Shown piece after piece: positions 27,058 through 36,584 of a stretch of 64,000 bases of DNA. The stretch is from Vicinamibacterales bacterium (GTDB lineage: Bacteria > Acidobacteriota > Vicinamibacteria > Vicinamibacterales > UBA8438). The notes under the pieces are model-generated. The model saw only the letters and a list, made by a program, of their open reading frames with translations. It had not been told where the DNA came from and ran no database searches. The stretch is from the NCBI GenBank assembly GCA_965116845.1, contig OZ220728.1, positions 2,630,044 through 2,694,043 on the forward strand, given 5' to 3'. Made by a program: the position numbers and the translations under genes. Position 1 is the first letter of the stretch, and every line of letters starts with the position of its first letter.

Positions 27058-29034
27058 ATGGGACGTTCAGTGATCTCCCGTTTCGGCCTCGCGACCTGCG
27101 TCGCGGCGGCGCTGGTCGTTCCGGCGGCCGTACCGGCGCAGCCGCCGGACGGGCAACCGACCTTCCGCAGCGGCGTCGACGTGATCGAGATCGACGTCAA
27201 CGTCATCGACCGCGACGGCCTGCCGATCACGGACCTCGATCCGTCCGACTTCGGCGTCCGAATCGACGGCGAGGACCGGCGCGTCGTGCAGGCGCAGTAT
27301 GTCTCGCTGCGCTCCGAGCCGCAGCCGGCGGAGGCCACGGCGCCGTTGTCTCGGGACCTCCTGTACACCTCCAACGCGGATCAGCAACGCGGCCGGCTGA
27401 TCGTCATCGCGATCGACGAGGAGAACATCCTGACCGGCGAGGGGCGGCACCTGATGCGCGCCGCGGCCGAGTTCGTCGACTCGCTGAGCCCCTCCGACCA
27501 GGTGGCGCTGCTGACTGTGCCGCAGCCGGGCATCTACATCGACTTCACCACCGACCACGATCGCGTCCGCCGCGAGACGGCCCGCATGGCGGGAGTCGGC
27601 GACCGCTCCCGGCGCTCCCTGAACATCGGGCTGTCCGAGGCGTTCCGCATCGCGGTCTACGGCGACCGCGATCTCGAGGAAGACGTGATTGGGCGGGTCT
27701 GCGGCGAGAGCCCGGCCTGCGCGTTCCAGGTCCGCAACGAGAGCATGCAGATCGTGCAGGAGGTGAAGTTCCACGCCACCAACGCCCGCCGTGGCATCGA
27801 GGGCGTCCTGCGCGCGCTGCGCGACATCGAGGGGCCGAAGCACGTCGTCTGGGTATCGGGGGGGCTCGTCATCGACCAGAACGCCGCCCTGCTCCGCGAG
27901 ATCGAGGATCTTGCCGCCGCCTCCCGCACCACGCTCTTCGTGATGATGGTGGACGAGCCGCTCACCGACGTGAGCGAGGCGCTCCCGGCGCCGACGCCGC
28001 GCCAGGACCGCTACATGCGGGAGCGCGGCCTGTCCGCCGCCGCCGCGGTGGCCCGCGGGGAGCTCTTCCGAGTCACCGCCAACCCGCGGCGCATCTTCGA
28101 GCGGCTCGAGGCGCAGATCTCCGGCTACTACCTGCTCGGCGTCGAGGTCGGCCCCGAGGATCGGGACGAGGATCGCCGTCGCATCCGGGTGTCGGTGGCG
28201 CGCGACGGGGCGCAGGTACGGGCGCGGCGCGAGGTGCGCTTCGTGGAAGAGCCGGAGGAGGAACTGAGCGTCGATCAGCGACTGCTGGCCATGCTGCGGT
28301 CGCCCGTCGCCACGACCGAGCTCCCGTTGCGGGTCGCGACCTACTCCTACCCGGACCCCGAGGACGGTCTGGTACGGGTGTCCGTGGCCGCCGACGTCGG
28401 GAGCGACTTGAACTACGCGTCGGACGTGACCCTCGGCTTCGCGCTCCGCGATCCGGACGGCAGGGTGGTCTCGACGGGACGGCGGAGGGTGACCGCGACT
28501 CCCGCCGAGCGGCCCGGCGGCGTCGGCTACGAGTACACGCTGCCGATGACGGTTCCCCGGGGACGGTACTCGCTTCGCGTGGCGGCGATCGACGGCTTCG
28601 GGCGGCGGGGCAGCGTCGATCACCTGCTGCTAGCCGGCCAGGCTTCGGAGGCTCCGCTCGCCTTCGGACCGCTGCAGGTGGCCGATCAGCGGCCGTCGCC
28701 CGACAACCTGCTGGCGGTCGTCGAGCCGGAGGTGTCGAGCGGACGCGTCATCGCGTCGATGGAGGTCTACGCGGAGTCGTCGTGGGCGTTCGACCGAACG
28801 AGCGTGCACGTCGACGTCGCCGGTGACGAAACCGGCCCCGCTCGCGCCTACGCGACCGCCGCGCTCCTCGGCACGAACGACACGCCGTGGCGCTCGGCGG
28901 CGGCCGACCTGGCGGTGGGGCACCTCCCTCCCGGGCAGTACGTCGCGCGCGTGCGCGTGCTCCGAGATTCGGACGAGGTGGCGCGGATGCACCGCCCGTT
29001 CCGCATCACCGCGGTTCCTCGCCAGGTGCCCTGA
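27058..29034 (+). CDS. VWFA-related acidobacterial-domain protein
   Basis: Signal peptide, then FRSGVDVIEIDVNVIDRDGLPITDLDPSDFGVRIDGEDRRV, which is the typical family start. A VWA-like core follows. Confidence 0.8.
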   Translation: MGRSVISRFGLATCVAAALVVPAAVPAQPPDGQPTFRSGVDVIEIDVNVIDRDGLPITDLDPSDFGVRIDGEDRRVVQAQYVSLRSEPQPAEATAPLSRDLLYTSNADQQRGRLIVIAIDEENILTGEGRHLMRAAAEFVDSLSPSDQVALLTVPQPGIYIDFTTDHDRVRRETARMAGVGDRSRRSLNIGLSEAFRIAVYGDRDLEEDVIGRVCGESPACAFQVRNESMQIVQEVKFHATNARRGIEGVLRALRDIEGPKHVVWVSGGLVIDQNAALLREIEDLAAASRTTLFVMMVDEPLTDVSEALPAPTPRQDRYMRERGLSAAAAVARGELFRVTANPRRIFERLEAQISGYYLLGVEVGPEDRDEDRRRIRVSVARDGAQVRARREVRFVEEPEEELSVDQRLLAMLRSPVATTELPLRVATYSYPDPEDGLVRVSVAADVGSDLNYASDVTLGFALRDPDGRVVSTGRRRVTATPAERPGGVGYEYTLPMTVPRGRYSLRVAAIDGFGRRGSVDHLLLAGQASEAPLAFGPLQVADQRPSPDNLLAVVEPEVSSGRVIASMEVYAESSWAFDRTSVHVDVAGDETGPARAYATAALLGTNDTPWRSAAADLAVGHLPPGQYVARVRVLRDSDEVARMHRPFRITAVPRQVP

Positions 29035-29067
29035 TCGGGCGCGGCCCGCTCCTTGGGGGGGCGCTCC

Positions 29068-29101
29068 GGCGGGAGCGGCGGAGCGGTCTTTCGCTCCCGC
29101 C
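29068..29101 (+). terminator. GC-rich hairpin after the VWA gene (candidate terminator)
   Basis: GGCGGGAGCG...CGCTCCCGCC, perfect 10 bp arms. An alternative tighter GGAGCG-gtcttt-CGCTCC is possible. Lies 34 nt past the stop. No U tail. Confidence 0.35.
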
Positions 29102-29196
29102 GCCTGATGGATACAATGCGGCTGTTTCGTTGCCCCGGTCGGCTGGCCGGCGCAGGTGCCGTCCCGGCGCGGGGCTCCGGATACAGGAGGGCAGCC

Positions 29197-29829
29197 ATGG
29201 ATCGCTGGATGACACGGATCGTCGTGCTGGGCTTGGTGGTTGCGGGTGTCGGCGTGGGGGCGTACGTCGCGGACGCCGAGGCGCAGACCATGGCGCGCGT
29301 GCGGGGCGAGGTGTCCGACGAGTGGGGCAATTCCATCGAGGGAGCGCAGATCATCGGCCGTCGTGAGGGCTCCGATCCCCGTACGACGAACACGAACGAC
29401 GACGGGCGCTTCAATCTCACCAACCTGCCGTCGGGCGATTACGTGATCGAGGTTCACGCCGCCGGCTACACCCCCACCGGCGTGGCCATATACCTCGACC
29501 AGCGAGACGCCCGCCAGCCGCAGCGGCCGCTCCAGCTCGAGCTCGTGGCGGCGCCACCCGGAAGCCGGCTGCGGGACGACGTGGAGTTCGAGTCGGCGGA
29601 CGGACGGCTCAAGCTGGAGCTGAAGGGCGACGGCAAGTTCGAGTTCGAGGATGCCGACGGCGAGGGCGAGGGGACCTACGGCATCGTCGAGCTCGAGGCT
29701 CAGTTGACCGTGCGCGACTACGACGGGGACGACGACAAGTACAGCCTCGACGCGCCGATCGTCATCACGTTCGCCAACAACCTGTTCCGGGCGCTGACCT
29801 GGGACGGCGTCGAGCTGTCGCAGAAGTAG
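29197..29829 (+). CDS. Carboxypeptidase-regulatory-like domain protein
   Basis: Signal/TM RIVVLGLVVAGVGVGA. RVRGEVSDEWGNSIEGAQI...DDGRFNLTNLPSGDYVIEV. Confidence 0.75.
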   Translation: MDRWMTRIVVLGLVVAGVGVGAYVADAEAQTMARVRGEVSDEWGNSIEGAQIIGRREGSDPRTTNTNDDGRFNLTNLPSGDYVIEVHAAGYTPTGVAIYLDQRDARQPQRPLQLELVAAPPGSRLRDDVEFESADGRLKLELKGDGKFEFEDADGEGEGTYGIVELEAQLTVRDYDGDDDKYSLDAPIVITFANNLFRALTWDGVELSQK

Positions 29830-31151
29830 TGCCCGCGTTCGCTCTCGCGCTGCTGCTCGCGGTCCTCGGTGCGGGTTGCGGCGGGGCCGGGGCTCCGGCG
29901 GGACTGCGCGCGGTCCCGCCGCCCGACCTCGCGCGGCTCCCGGACCCGCTCCGGCAACAGGTGGGGGGTCGCTGGGAGGGGCTGACGCAACAGATCGAGG
30001 CCGGCGCGCCGGCCGCCGAGCTCGCCCGCGCCTACGGCGACGCCGGCCTCATCCTGATGGCGGCCGAGTTCGAGGAGGCCGCCATCGCCTGCCTCCTGAA
30101 CGCGGAGGCACTGGCGCCCGACGACCCGCGCTGGCCCTACTACCTCGGGCAGTTCCACCTGCTGCGGGGCCAGCACGCGCAGGCCGCCCCCTTCTTCGAC
30201 CGGGTCTACGCACTCCAACCGACCGACGTCCCGACCCTGCTGCAGATCGGCGAGGCGTACCTCGACCAGGGCCGCCCCGAAGACGCGGCGGCGCGCTTCC
30301 GCGAGGCGCTCGCGGTCGAGCCGCGCTCCGCGGCGGCGCTCTGGGGGCTCGGCCGGGCCTTCCTGGCCGGCGATGCGCCCGCGCAGGCAGCGCGGCACCT
30401 GGAGCAGGCGCAGGCGCTGGCTCCCGGGGCGAACCGCATCGACTACGCGCTGGCCCTCGCCTACGAGCGTCTGGGCGATGCCCCCCGGGCCGCGGCGCAT
30501 CTGGAACGGCGCGGGGGCGTTGCACCCACCGTTGCCGACCCGTTGATGGACGCCTACCACGGGCTGCTCGAGAGCGCGCTCGCCTACCACAACCGCGGCT
30601 TCGAGGCGTTCAGCGCCGGCCGCTGGGCGGAGGCTGCCGAGGCGTTCCGGGCCGGGCTGGAACTGGAGCCGGACAACGTCGCGATTCGTCACACGCTGGG
30701 GACGGCACTGCACCAGATGGGCGACGTCGGGGCTGCCGTACGGGAGTTCGAGGCCGTGCTCCGCCGCGAGCCGTCGCACACGCGGGCGCTCTTCAGCCTC
30801 GGCGTGATCCTGGCGTCGGACGGGCGCTACGACGAGGCCCGGCGCCGGTTCGAGGCGGCCATCGAGGCGGAGGCGGACTACGTGCAGGCCCGTCTGGCGC
30901 TGGCGGACCTGCTGTTGGGACAGGGCCGCCCGGAGGATGCGCTGTCGCAGTACGAGGCGGTGGTCGACGTCGATCCCCGCCGGATCGACGCCTGGATCGA
31001 GGGAGCGAACGTCCGGATCGGCCTCGAGCGCTACGGCGACGCCGACGCCTGGCTCCGCGCCGCTCGGCAGGTCCATCCGGACGTTGCGGATCTGACCGCG
31101 CTGCACGAGACCGTCGAAGCCGTTCGCGCCGTTCGGCGCAGCCTCCGCTGA
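29829..31151 (+). CDS. TPR-repeat protein, possible lipoprotein
   Basis: The GTG overlaps the preceding TAG by 1 nt. LLLAVLGAGCGG. Multiple 34-aa TPR units. Confidence 0.75.
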   Translation: MPAFALALLLAVLGAGCGGAGAPAGLRAVPPPDLARLPDPLRQQVGGRWEGLTQQIEAGAPAAELARAYGDAGLILMAAEFEEAAIACLLNAEALAPDDPRWPYYLGQFHLLRGQHAQAAPFFDRVYALQPTDVPTLLQIGEAYLDQGRPEDAAARFREALAVEPRSAAALWGLGRAFLAGDAPAQAARHLEQAQALAPGANRIDYALALAYERLGDAPRAAAHLERRGGVAPTVADPLMDAYHGLLESALAYHNRGFEAFSAGRWAEAAEAFRAGLELEPDNVAIRHTLGTALHQMGDVGAAVREFEAVLRREPSHTRALFSLGVILASDGRYDEARRRFEAAIEAEADYVQARLALADLLLGQGRPEDALSQYEAVVDVDPRRIDAWIEGANVRIGLERYGDADAWLRAARQVHPDVADLTALHETVEAVRAVRRSLR

Positions 31152-31177
31152 TTGCGCCCGGCCGGGCCGCCGCCCCG

Positions 31178-31249
31178 CGCCCCAGCGGCGCTCTCACCTG
31201 ACGCCCCGGCGGCGCATCTCACCCGCGCCCCGGTGGTGCTTCTCAGAGG
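31178..31249. repeat. 3 x 24-nt imperfect tandem repeat CGCCCCRGYGGYGC(N)TCTCA
   Basis: Units at 31178-31201, 31202-31225 and 31226-31249. The third unit contains the stop codon (31243-31245) of the DUF1552 gene on the minus strand. Confidence 0.6.
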
Positions 31250-32598
31250 TCCGACAGCTCCGTGAGGGCGCCCGTGCTGTCCCCGATCCGCTCGACCGGC
31301 ACGCCCATCTTCCCGAGCAGGCTGACGTAGAGGTTGGTGAGCGGCGTTCCCTCGGCGTACCGGAGGTGACGCCCGCCGCGGAGCTGTCCGGCCGCGCCCC
31401 CCGCGACGACGAGGGGCAGTCCGAGCGCGGTGTGGGCGTTGCTGTCGGCCATGCCGCGGCCGTAGACCGTGGCCACCTGGTCGAGCAGGGTGCCGTCGCC
31501 GTCCGGCGTGCGGCGCAGCTTCTCGAGGAAGCCGGCCACGAGCTGCGTGTGGTACGTGTTGATCTTCGTCAACTGGGCGAGGTTCTCCGCCTTGTCCTGG
31601 TGGTGCGAGAGGGCGTGGTGCGGGTCGGCGACCCCGATCTGCGGGTAGGCCCGCGAGCTGATCTCCGGCGCCACGATGGACGTGACGACGCGCGTCAGGT
31701 CGGCCTGGAAGGCGACCACCTGCAGATCGAACATCAGCGCAGCGTACTCGTCGAACTCGGCCGGGACGCCCGACGGCTGCTCGACGACCGGGAGCTCCCG
31801 GTCGCTCTGCGCCTCAGCCATCCGGATGCGGCGCTCGACGTCGCGGACGGCGTCGAGGTACTCGGTGATCTTGGCGCGGTCGCGGGCGCCGAGCCGCAGC
31901 TTCAGGCTCGCCGCCTTGTCGGCCACCGAGTCGAGGATGCTGCGGTCGGTGCGGATCCGCTCCAGACGCGCGGCCGGGTCGGTGCTCTGGCTGTCGCCGA
32001 AGAGCCGCTCGAAGACGGCGCGCGGGTTGTTCTCCATCGGGAGCGGCGTGGTCGGCGTGCGCCAGGAGAGCGTCGTGATGTAGGCGCAACTGAAGCCGGC
32101 GTCGCAGGCGCCCGCGAAGGCGGTGGCCTCCAGGCTGAGCTCCAGCGACGCGAGCTGCGTCTCGCGGCCGAGGTGGTTGGCCGCAATCTGATCGATGGAG
32201 ACGCCCGCCTCGAAGTCTGCTCCCTCGGTCGGCTTCACGTGCACGCCGGTGAGGTACGAGCCGCTGATGCGTCCGTGACCGCCGGCCGGCTCGCCCGGCC
32301 GCCGCTCGCCCGGCTCGTTGTCGAGCCCGCTCAGGACCAGCACGCGGTCGCGCAGCGGCGCCAGCGGCGCCAGGCTCGGGCTGAACGTGAAGTCGGTGCC
32401 GGTTTCGGCCGGCGTCCAGTCCTGCATGACGGCGCCGTTCCCGAAGTAGAGGACGCTCAGCCGGGGCCGTGGTCGGGCCGCGCTGTTGCGGATGGCGGCG
32501 AAGGCCGGCACCATGCCGTCGAGAAGCGGGAGGGCGACCGCGGCGCCCAGGCCGCGCAGTACCGTCCGGCGGGGGAGCGCCTTGCGGGTGACGATCAT
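31243..32598 (-). CDS. DUF1552-family protein with twin-arginine signal, paralog 3
   Basis: MIVTRKALPRRTVLRGLGAAVALPLLDGM. CDAGFSCAY and DPHHALSHH blocks. ATGA overlap with the upstream gene. Confidence 0.85.
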   Translation of the reverse strand: MIVTRKALPRRTVLRGLGAAVALPLLDGMVPAFAAIRNSAARPRPRLSVLYFGNGAVMQDWTPAETGTDFTFSPSLAPLAPLRDRVLVLSGLDNEPGERRPGEPAGGHGRISGSYLTGVHVKPTEGADFEAGVSIDQIAANHLGRETQLASLELSLEATAFAGACDAGFSCAYITTLSWRTPTTPLPMENNPRAVFERLFGDSQSTDPAARLERIRTDRSILDSVADKAASLKLRLGARDRAKITEYLDAVRDVERRIRMAEAQSDRELPVVEQPSGVPAEFDEYAALMFDLQVVAFQADLTRVVTSIVAPEISSRAYPQIGVADPHHALSHHQDKAENLAQLTKINTYHTQLVAGFLEKLRRTPDGDGTLLDQVATVYGRGMADSNAHTALGLPLVVAGGAAGQLRGGRHLRYAEGTPLTNLYVSLLGKMGVPVERIGDSTGALTELSDL

Positions 32599-35057
32599 GG
32601 CTCGGACCTCCTCATCGTGAACGGCGCGCTCCGTGCGATCCCGGCGACGAGCGACGACCAGCGGTACTCGGGCGCGGCCTCCCGCACCATCCTCCGCACG
32701 GCCGGCTGATCGTGCGCCTCGAGCCCGCGCCCAAGGGCGTAGGTCAGCATGCGTGCGGCGACGGTGCGTACGAACGCCTCCCGGCGCTCGGCGAGCAGGG
32801 CCCGCAACTCGGCCGGCCCGTCGAACGCAGTGCCGTCGGGCAGCGTGGCCGAGGTGTCGAGCGGGACGTCGCCGTCGGCCGCCCGCCAGCGGCCGATTCC
32901 GTCGAAGCCTTCGAGCGCGAAGCCGAGCGGATCCATCCGGGCATGGCAACTCGCGCAGACCGGGTTCGCGCGGTGCTGCTCCAGGCGTGCGCGCACGGAC
33001 CGGTGCGGCTCGCCCGGCGTGTTCTCGTCCAGGGCCGGGACGTCGTCGGGCGGCGGGGGCGGCGGGGCGCCGAGGATGTTCTCGAGCACCCACTTGCCTC
33101 GCAGCACCGGTGACGTGCGGGTGGCGTGCGAGGTGACGGTCAGGATGCTGGCGTGGCCCAGCAGTCCACCCCGCCCGCCGGGCGCGCCCGCTCCGAGGTC
33201 GACGCGCCGGAAGCGGCTGCCGTAGACCCCCGGGAGGCCGTAGTGGCGGGCCAGTCGCTCGTTCACGAACGTGTAGTCGGCGGTCAGCAGGTCGGCCACG
33301 CCGCGGTCCGCCCGCAGCTCGCTCGCGACGAGCAGCTCCGTCTCGCGGGCGAACGCCTCGCGCAGGTTGTCGTCGAACTCCGGGAACCGGTTCACGTCCG
33401 GGGTCACCCGGTTCATGTTGCGCAGGTGCAGCCACTGCGCCACGAAGTTCTCGACGAGGGCTTCGGAGCGCCGATCCGCCAGCATGCGCCGCACCTGCCG
33501 CTCGAGCGTCGCGGGGTCGCGGAGACGTCCGGCGGCGGCTGCGTCGAGCAGCTCGTCGTCCGGGATGCTGCTCCAGAGGAAGAACGAGAGACGCGACGCC
33601 AGTTCGAGGTCGCTCAGGCGGTACGCGGTCCCCGGCGCCGTCCCCGGTGGGTCGGTTTCGATCCGGAAGAGGAACTCGGGGTCGACGAGCAGGCGCGTCA
33701 GCGCGCGCTGGATGCCGCCGTCGAACCCACCGTCCTCCCGCCCCGCCGCGAAGAACTCCATGAGCGTCGCTACGTCCGCCTCGGTCGCCGGTCGGCGGTA
33801 GGCGCGGCGCGCGAGCGTTCCGAGGATGCGCCGCGCGCAGGCGGCCTCGGCGGGACCGGCGTCAGCGCGCGCGCCAGCACCGGCCCCGTCGTCGTCTCCG
33901 ACGGGCGTCGACTCATCGGGCTGGCAGAGGAAGATGCGGCGCCGGCTCGCGGTGTCGCCGGGGCCCGCGGCGTCGTAGGGACCGTCGATCATGAGGTGCT
34001 CGAGCGCCATGCGCTCCGATTCCGGAGGGTCCTTGGCCGCGCTCAGGATGAAGCTGCTCACCGGCACGCGCCGGGGCGTCAGCCCTTCCGGGGCGAGCGT
34101 CCGCCGCAGAAAGCCCGCGCCCACGTCGCGGGTGCCGGCCGGAACCGCCACGCGCGCGACGAGCTGGCCGTCGGCGTGCAGGCAGCCGTGGTAGCCGGCG
34201 AGCGACGCGCGCGCGCAATCGAGGTCGCCGCCGACCCGGAACAGCGCCACCTGCTCGCCGTCGATCCGCAGCTCGATCCGCTCCTCGCGCTGCAGCCCGT
34301 AGATGTTGCCGACGATGTCGCGCTGCAGGCGCAGGCGCAACTCGTACACGCCGTCGAGCGGGAACCGATGGCGCACCGAGACGCCGCCGCGCGACCCGAA
34401 CGGCATCGCGTCGCCCACGCGATCGTCCTGGACGCGGGTTCGGGAGAGCTCGTAGGTCTCGGCCGCCGGCCGCAGCCGCGGGTCGCCGACCGCCATCCGG
34501 CTCACCTTGTGCGCCGCCGAGACGTAGCGCTCCATGAGCGCGGGGGAGACGTTGAGGAGGTCGGCGTTGTTGTCGAAGCCGAAGCCGAGATCATCGGCCG
34601 GCAGCAGCGCCGGGGCGTCGATCTCGAGCGCGAGCAGGTCGCGGACGGCATTCGCGTACTCGGCCCGGTTCAGCCGGTGGATGGCGGGCCGGCCGGGGTC
34701 GGGGGCCGTCTCCGCTGCCCGGTCGAGCGCCGCCTCCAGCCACGCGGCCGCGGCGTCGTAGGCGGCCGGCTCCGGGCGCGCCCGCCGCCCCGGGGGCGGC
34801 ATCGCCCGCTCCTCGAGCTTCAGCAGCACCTTTTCCCAGACGTCCGCGCGCTCGCGGATCGGATCGAGCGGCGTTCGATCGAGGGCCAGGTTGCCCGTGC
34901 GGAGCCGCTCGTTGTGGCAGGTGACGCAGTAGCGGTCGAGGAGAGCACGCAGGTCTTCCGCGCCGTCCACCGGCGCCGCGGCCCGGACCGAGGCGGCCGG
35001 CGCGACGACGACGGCAGCCAACGCGCAGACAACGCCGCGGATCCACGGCTGTCGCAT
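32595..35057 (-). CDS. Secreted DUF1592-family protein, paralog 3, two CxxCH motifs
   Basis: ATG 35057 (MRQPWIRGVVCALAAVVVAPAA) is preceded by GAGG. CVTCH. C-terminal NPVCASCHARMDPLGFALEGFDGIGRWR. Confidence 0.85.
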   Translation of the reverse strand: MRQPWIRGVVCALAAVVVAPAASVRAAAPVDGAEDLRALLDRYCVTCHNERLRTGNLALDRTPLDPIRERADVWEKVLLKLEERAMPPPGRRARPEPAAYDAAAAWLEAALDRAAETAPDPGRPAIHRLNRAEYANAVRDLLALEIDAPALLPADDLGFGFDNNADLLNVSPALMERYVSAAHKVSRMAVGDPRLRPAAETYELSRTRVQDDRVGDAMPFGSRGGVSVRHRFPLDGVYELRLRLQRDIVGNIYGLQREERIELRIDGEQVALFRVGGDLDCARASLAGYHGCLHADGQLVARVAVPAGTRDVGAGFLRRTLAPEGLTPRRVPVSSFILSAAKDPPESERMALEHLMIDGPYDAAGPGDTASRRRIFLCQPDESTPVGDDDGAGAGARADAGPAEAACARRILGTLARRAYRRPATEADVATLMEFFAAGREDGGFDGGIQRALTRLLVDPEFLFRIETDPPGTAPGTAYRLSDLELASRLSFFLWSSIPDDELLDAAAAGRLRDPATLERQVRRMLADRRSEALVENFVAQWLHLRNMNRVTPDVNRFPEFDDNLREAFARETELLVASELRADRGVADLLTADYTFVNERLARHYGLPGVYGSRFRRVDLGAGAPGGRGGLLGHASILTVTSHATRTSPVLRGKWVLENILGAPPPPPPDDVPALDENTPGEPHRSVRARLEQHRANPVCASCHARMDPLGFALEGFDGIGRWRAADGDVPLDTSATLPDGTAFDGPAELRALLAERREAFVRTVAARMLTYALGRGLEAHDQPAVRRMVREAAPEYRWSSLVAGIARSAPFTMRRSEP

Positions 35058-35330
35058 CGCAACCTCGCTGGCGTCAATATAGCCCAAACCCGACGCCGAC
35101 CGTTACGATTCGTTCGCGCTTCGAGGCGGGTCCATCCCCACGGAAGGCGCCTGGTCGGCGCGCGGGGGCTAACGCTGCCGAGTCAAGAGCCGATAACGGG
35201 GTGAGAAAGGCAGCGCGGCACCGGACGCTGCCCTCGCGGCTCGGCTTGACCGGCCGCGGGCGGCGCGTGCTAGACTCTCGGGTCGATTCCGCCCGGTTTT
35301 ACGATAGGCAACGCGCGTGAGAGCGATTTC

Positions 35331-35708
35331 GTGACGGCCCACCACTTCCTCGGCGAAGGCGACTTCTCCGACCACCTGCAGAGCAAGAACGACGACGCGC
35401 CGCACCTCCTGTCCGCGATCTCGGACGCCGTACGCGGGGCGGGGCTGCAGGTGGTGGCCGACCAGGCGGTGCCGTTCACCGGCGGCGGCGCGACGCTCGT
35501 CTGGGTGCTCGCCGAGTCGCACCTGGTACTGCACCTCTGGCCCGAGCTGAACCGCGCCACCATCGATCTGCACATCTGCGACTACCGCGACTCCAACCGC
35601 GGAAAGGCGCAGCGGTTGCGCGACTCCCTCGCCGCGCTCTGCTTCGCGCCCGGCTCGGCCGCCTGGCGCGAGCTGTCGGTCGGCGCCGACGGACCGGCCG
35701 GTGGCTGA
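35331..35708 (+). CDS. S-adenosylmethionine decarboxylase-like (SpeH/AdoMetDC family) pyruvoyl proenzyme
   Basis: VLAESHLVLHLWPE...IDLHICD matches the ESH self-cleavage site, the HxWPE motif and the downstream Cys of class 1 AdoMetDC. GTG start. Confidence 0.7.
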   Translation: MTAHHFLGEGDFSDHLQSKNDDAPHLLSAISDAVRGAGLQVVADQAVPFTGGGATLVWVLAESHLVLHLWPELNRATIDLHICDYRDSNRGKAQRLRDSLAALCFAPGSAAWRELSVGADGPAGG

Positions 35709-36513
35709 CCGCGACCACGAGGAGCAGTACCGCGGCTTCTGGGCGAACGTCGGGGCAACCTTTCCCGATCTGGCCGGGGCGCGCTCCACCACCCAGTACC
35801 GCAACGACGAGCGGTGGCTCGTCTCGACCCAGTTGCCCGAGATCGCCGGGCAGCGAATCCTGAAGACCGACCTCTGGGACGAGGCGAAGAACACCCACAT
35901 CCTGCGCTGGACGGCGGAGCGGGGCGCCGAGGCGGTCGGCGTGGACATCTCGCCGGCCATCGTCGCCGACGCGCGGCGCGGCTTCGCGGACGACGGCGAG
36001 CGCCTGCTCGGCGTGCAGGGCGACGTGCGCGCGCTGCCGTTCCGGACGGGGAGTGTGGACGCCGTCTACTCGATGGGGACGATCGAGCACTTCGACGACA
36101 CGGAGGGAGCGGTGCGCGAGATCTTCCGCGTGCTGCGTCCCGGAGGCCGGGCGATCATCGGCGTGCCCAACCGGCGCGACCCGTTCCTCCGCCCCCTGCT
36201 CGTGGTAGCGCTCTACTACCTCGGCCTCTACGGCTACGGCTTCGAGAAGTCGTACTCCCGCCCCGCCCTGCGGAGGATGCTGGAGCGGGCCGGCTTCGAG
36301 GTGGTGGCCGAGAGCGGCATCCTCTTCATCCCCGGCTGGTTGCGGATGCTCGACCTTGCGTGTCACGCGTGGCTGCGCCCGCTGGCCTGGCTCACCGGCG
36401 CGCTCTGCGCCCCGTTCGACTGGCTGTCCCGCCGCTTCCCGGCCCTGCGCCGCCACGGCTACCTGATCGCCTCCGTCGGGGTCCGGCCGGCGGACGACGC
36501 GAGCACCCGCTGA
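35701..36513 (+). CDS. Class I methyltransferase-fold protein with atypical motif I
   Basis: AVGVDIS, GDVRALPF, VDAVYSMGTIEHF and LRPGGRAII motifs. The Gly-rich motif I is replaced by ILKTDLWDEA. The GTG overlaps the upstream gene by 8 nt. Confidence 0.7.
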   Translation: MADRDHEEQYRGFWANVGATFPDLAGARSTTQYRNDERWLVSTQLPEIAGQRILKTDLWDEAKNTHILRWTAERGAEAVGVDISPAIVADARRGFADDGERLLGVQGDVRALPFRTGSVDAVYSMGTIEHFDDTEGAVREIFRVLRPGGRAIIGVPNRRDPFLRPLLVVALYYLGLYGYGFEKSYSRPALRRMLERAGFEVVAESGILFIPGWLRMLDLACHAWLRPLAWLTGALCAPFDWLSRRFPALRRHGYLIASVGVRPADDASTR

Positions 36514-36584
36514 GCGCACCTCCAGGCCGGTTGTTCCGAGCGCGGCCTTGTGACACCCTTGTGCAGTTGGGAGGGCAGACGGCG

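Noticed and set aside
35246-35276. TTGACC ... TAGACT as the promoter of the AdoMetDC-like gene.
   Set aside because: The spacer is 19 nt, outside the usual 16-18 nt range. The hexamers alone are not convincing.
35283-35300. tRNA T-arm-like string GGGTCGATTCCGCCCGG (possible tRNA or att-site remnant).
   Set aside because: No complementary T-stem, acceptor stem, anticodon arm or CCA context could be built from the flanks, and no integrase is nearby.
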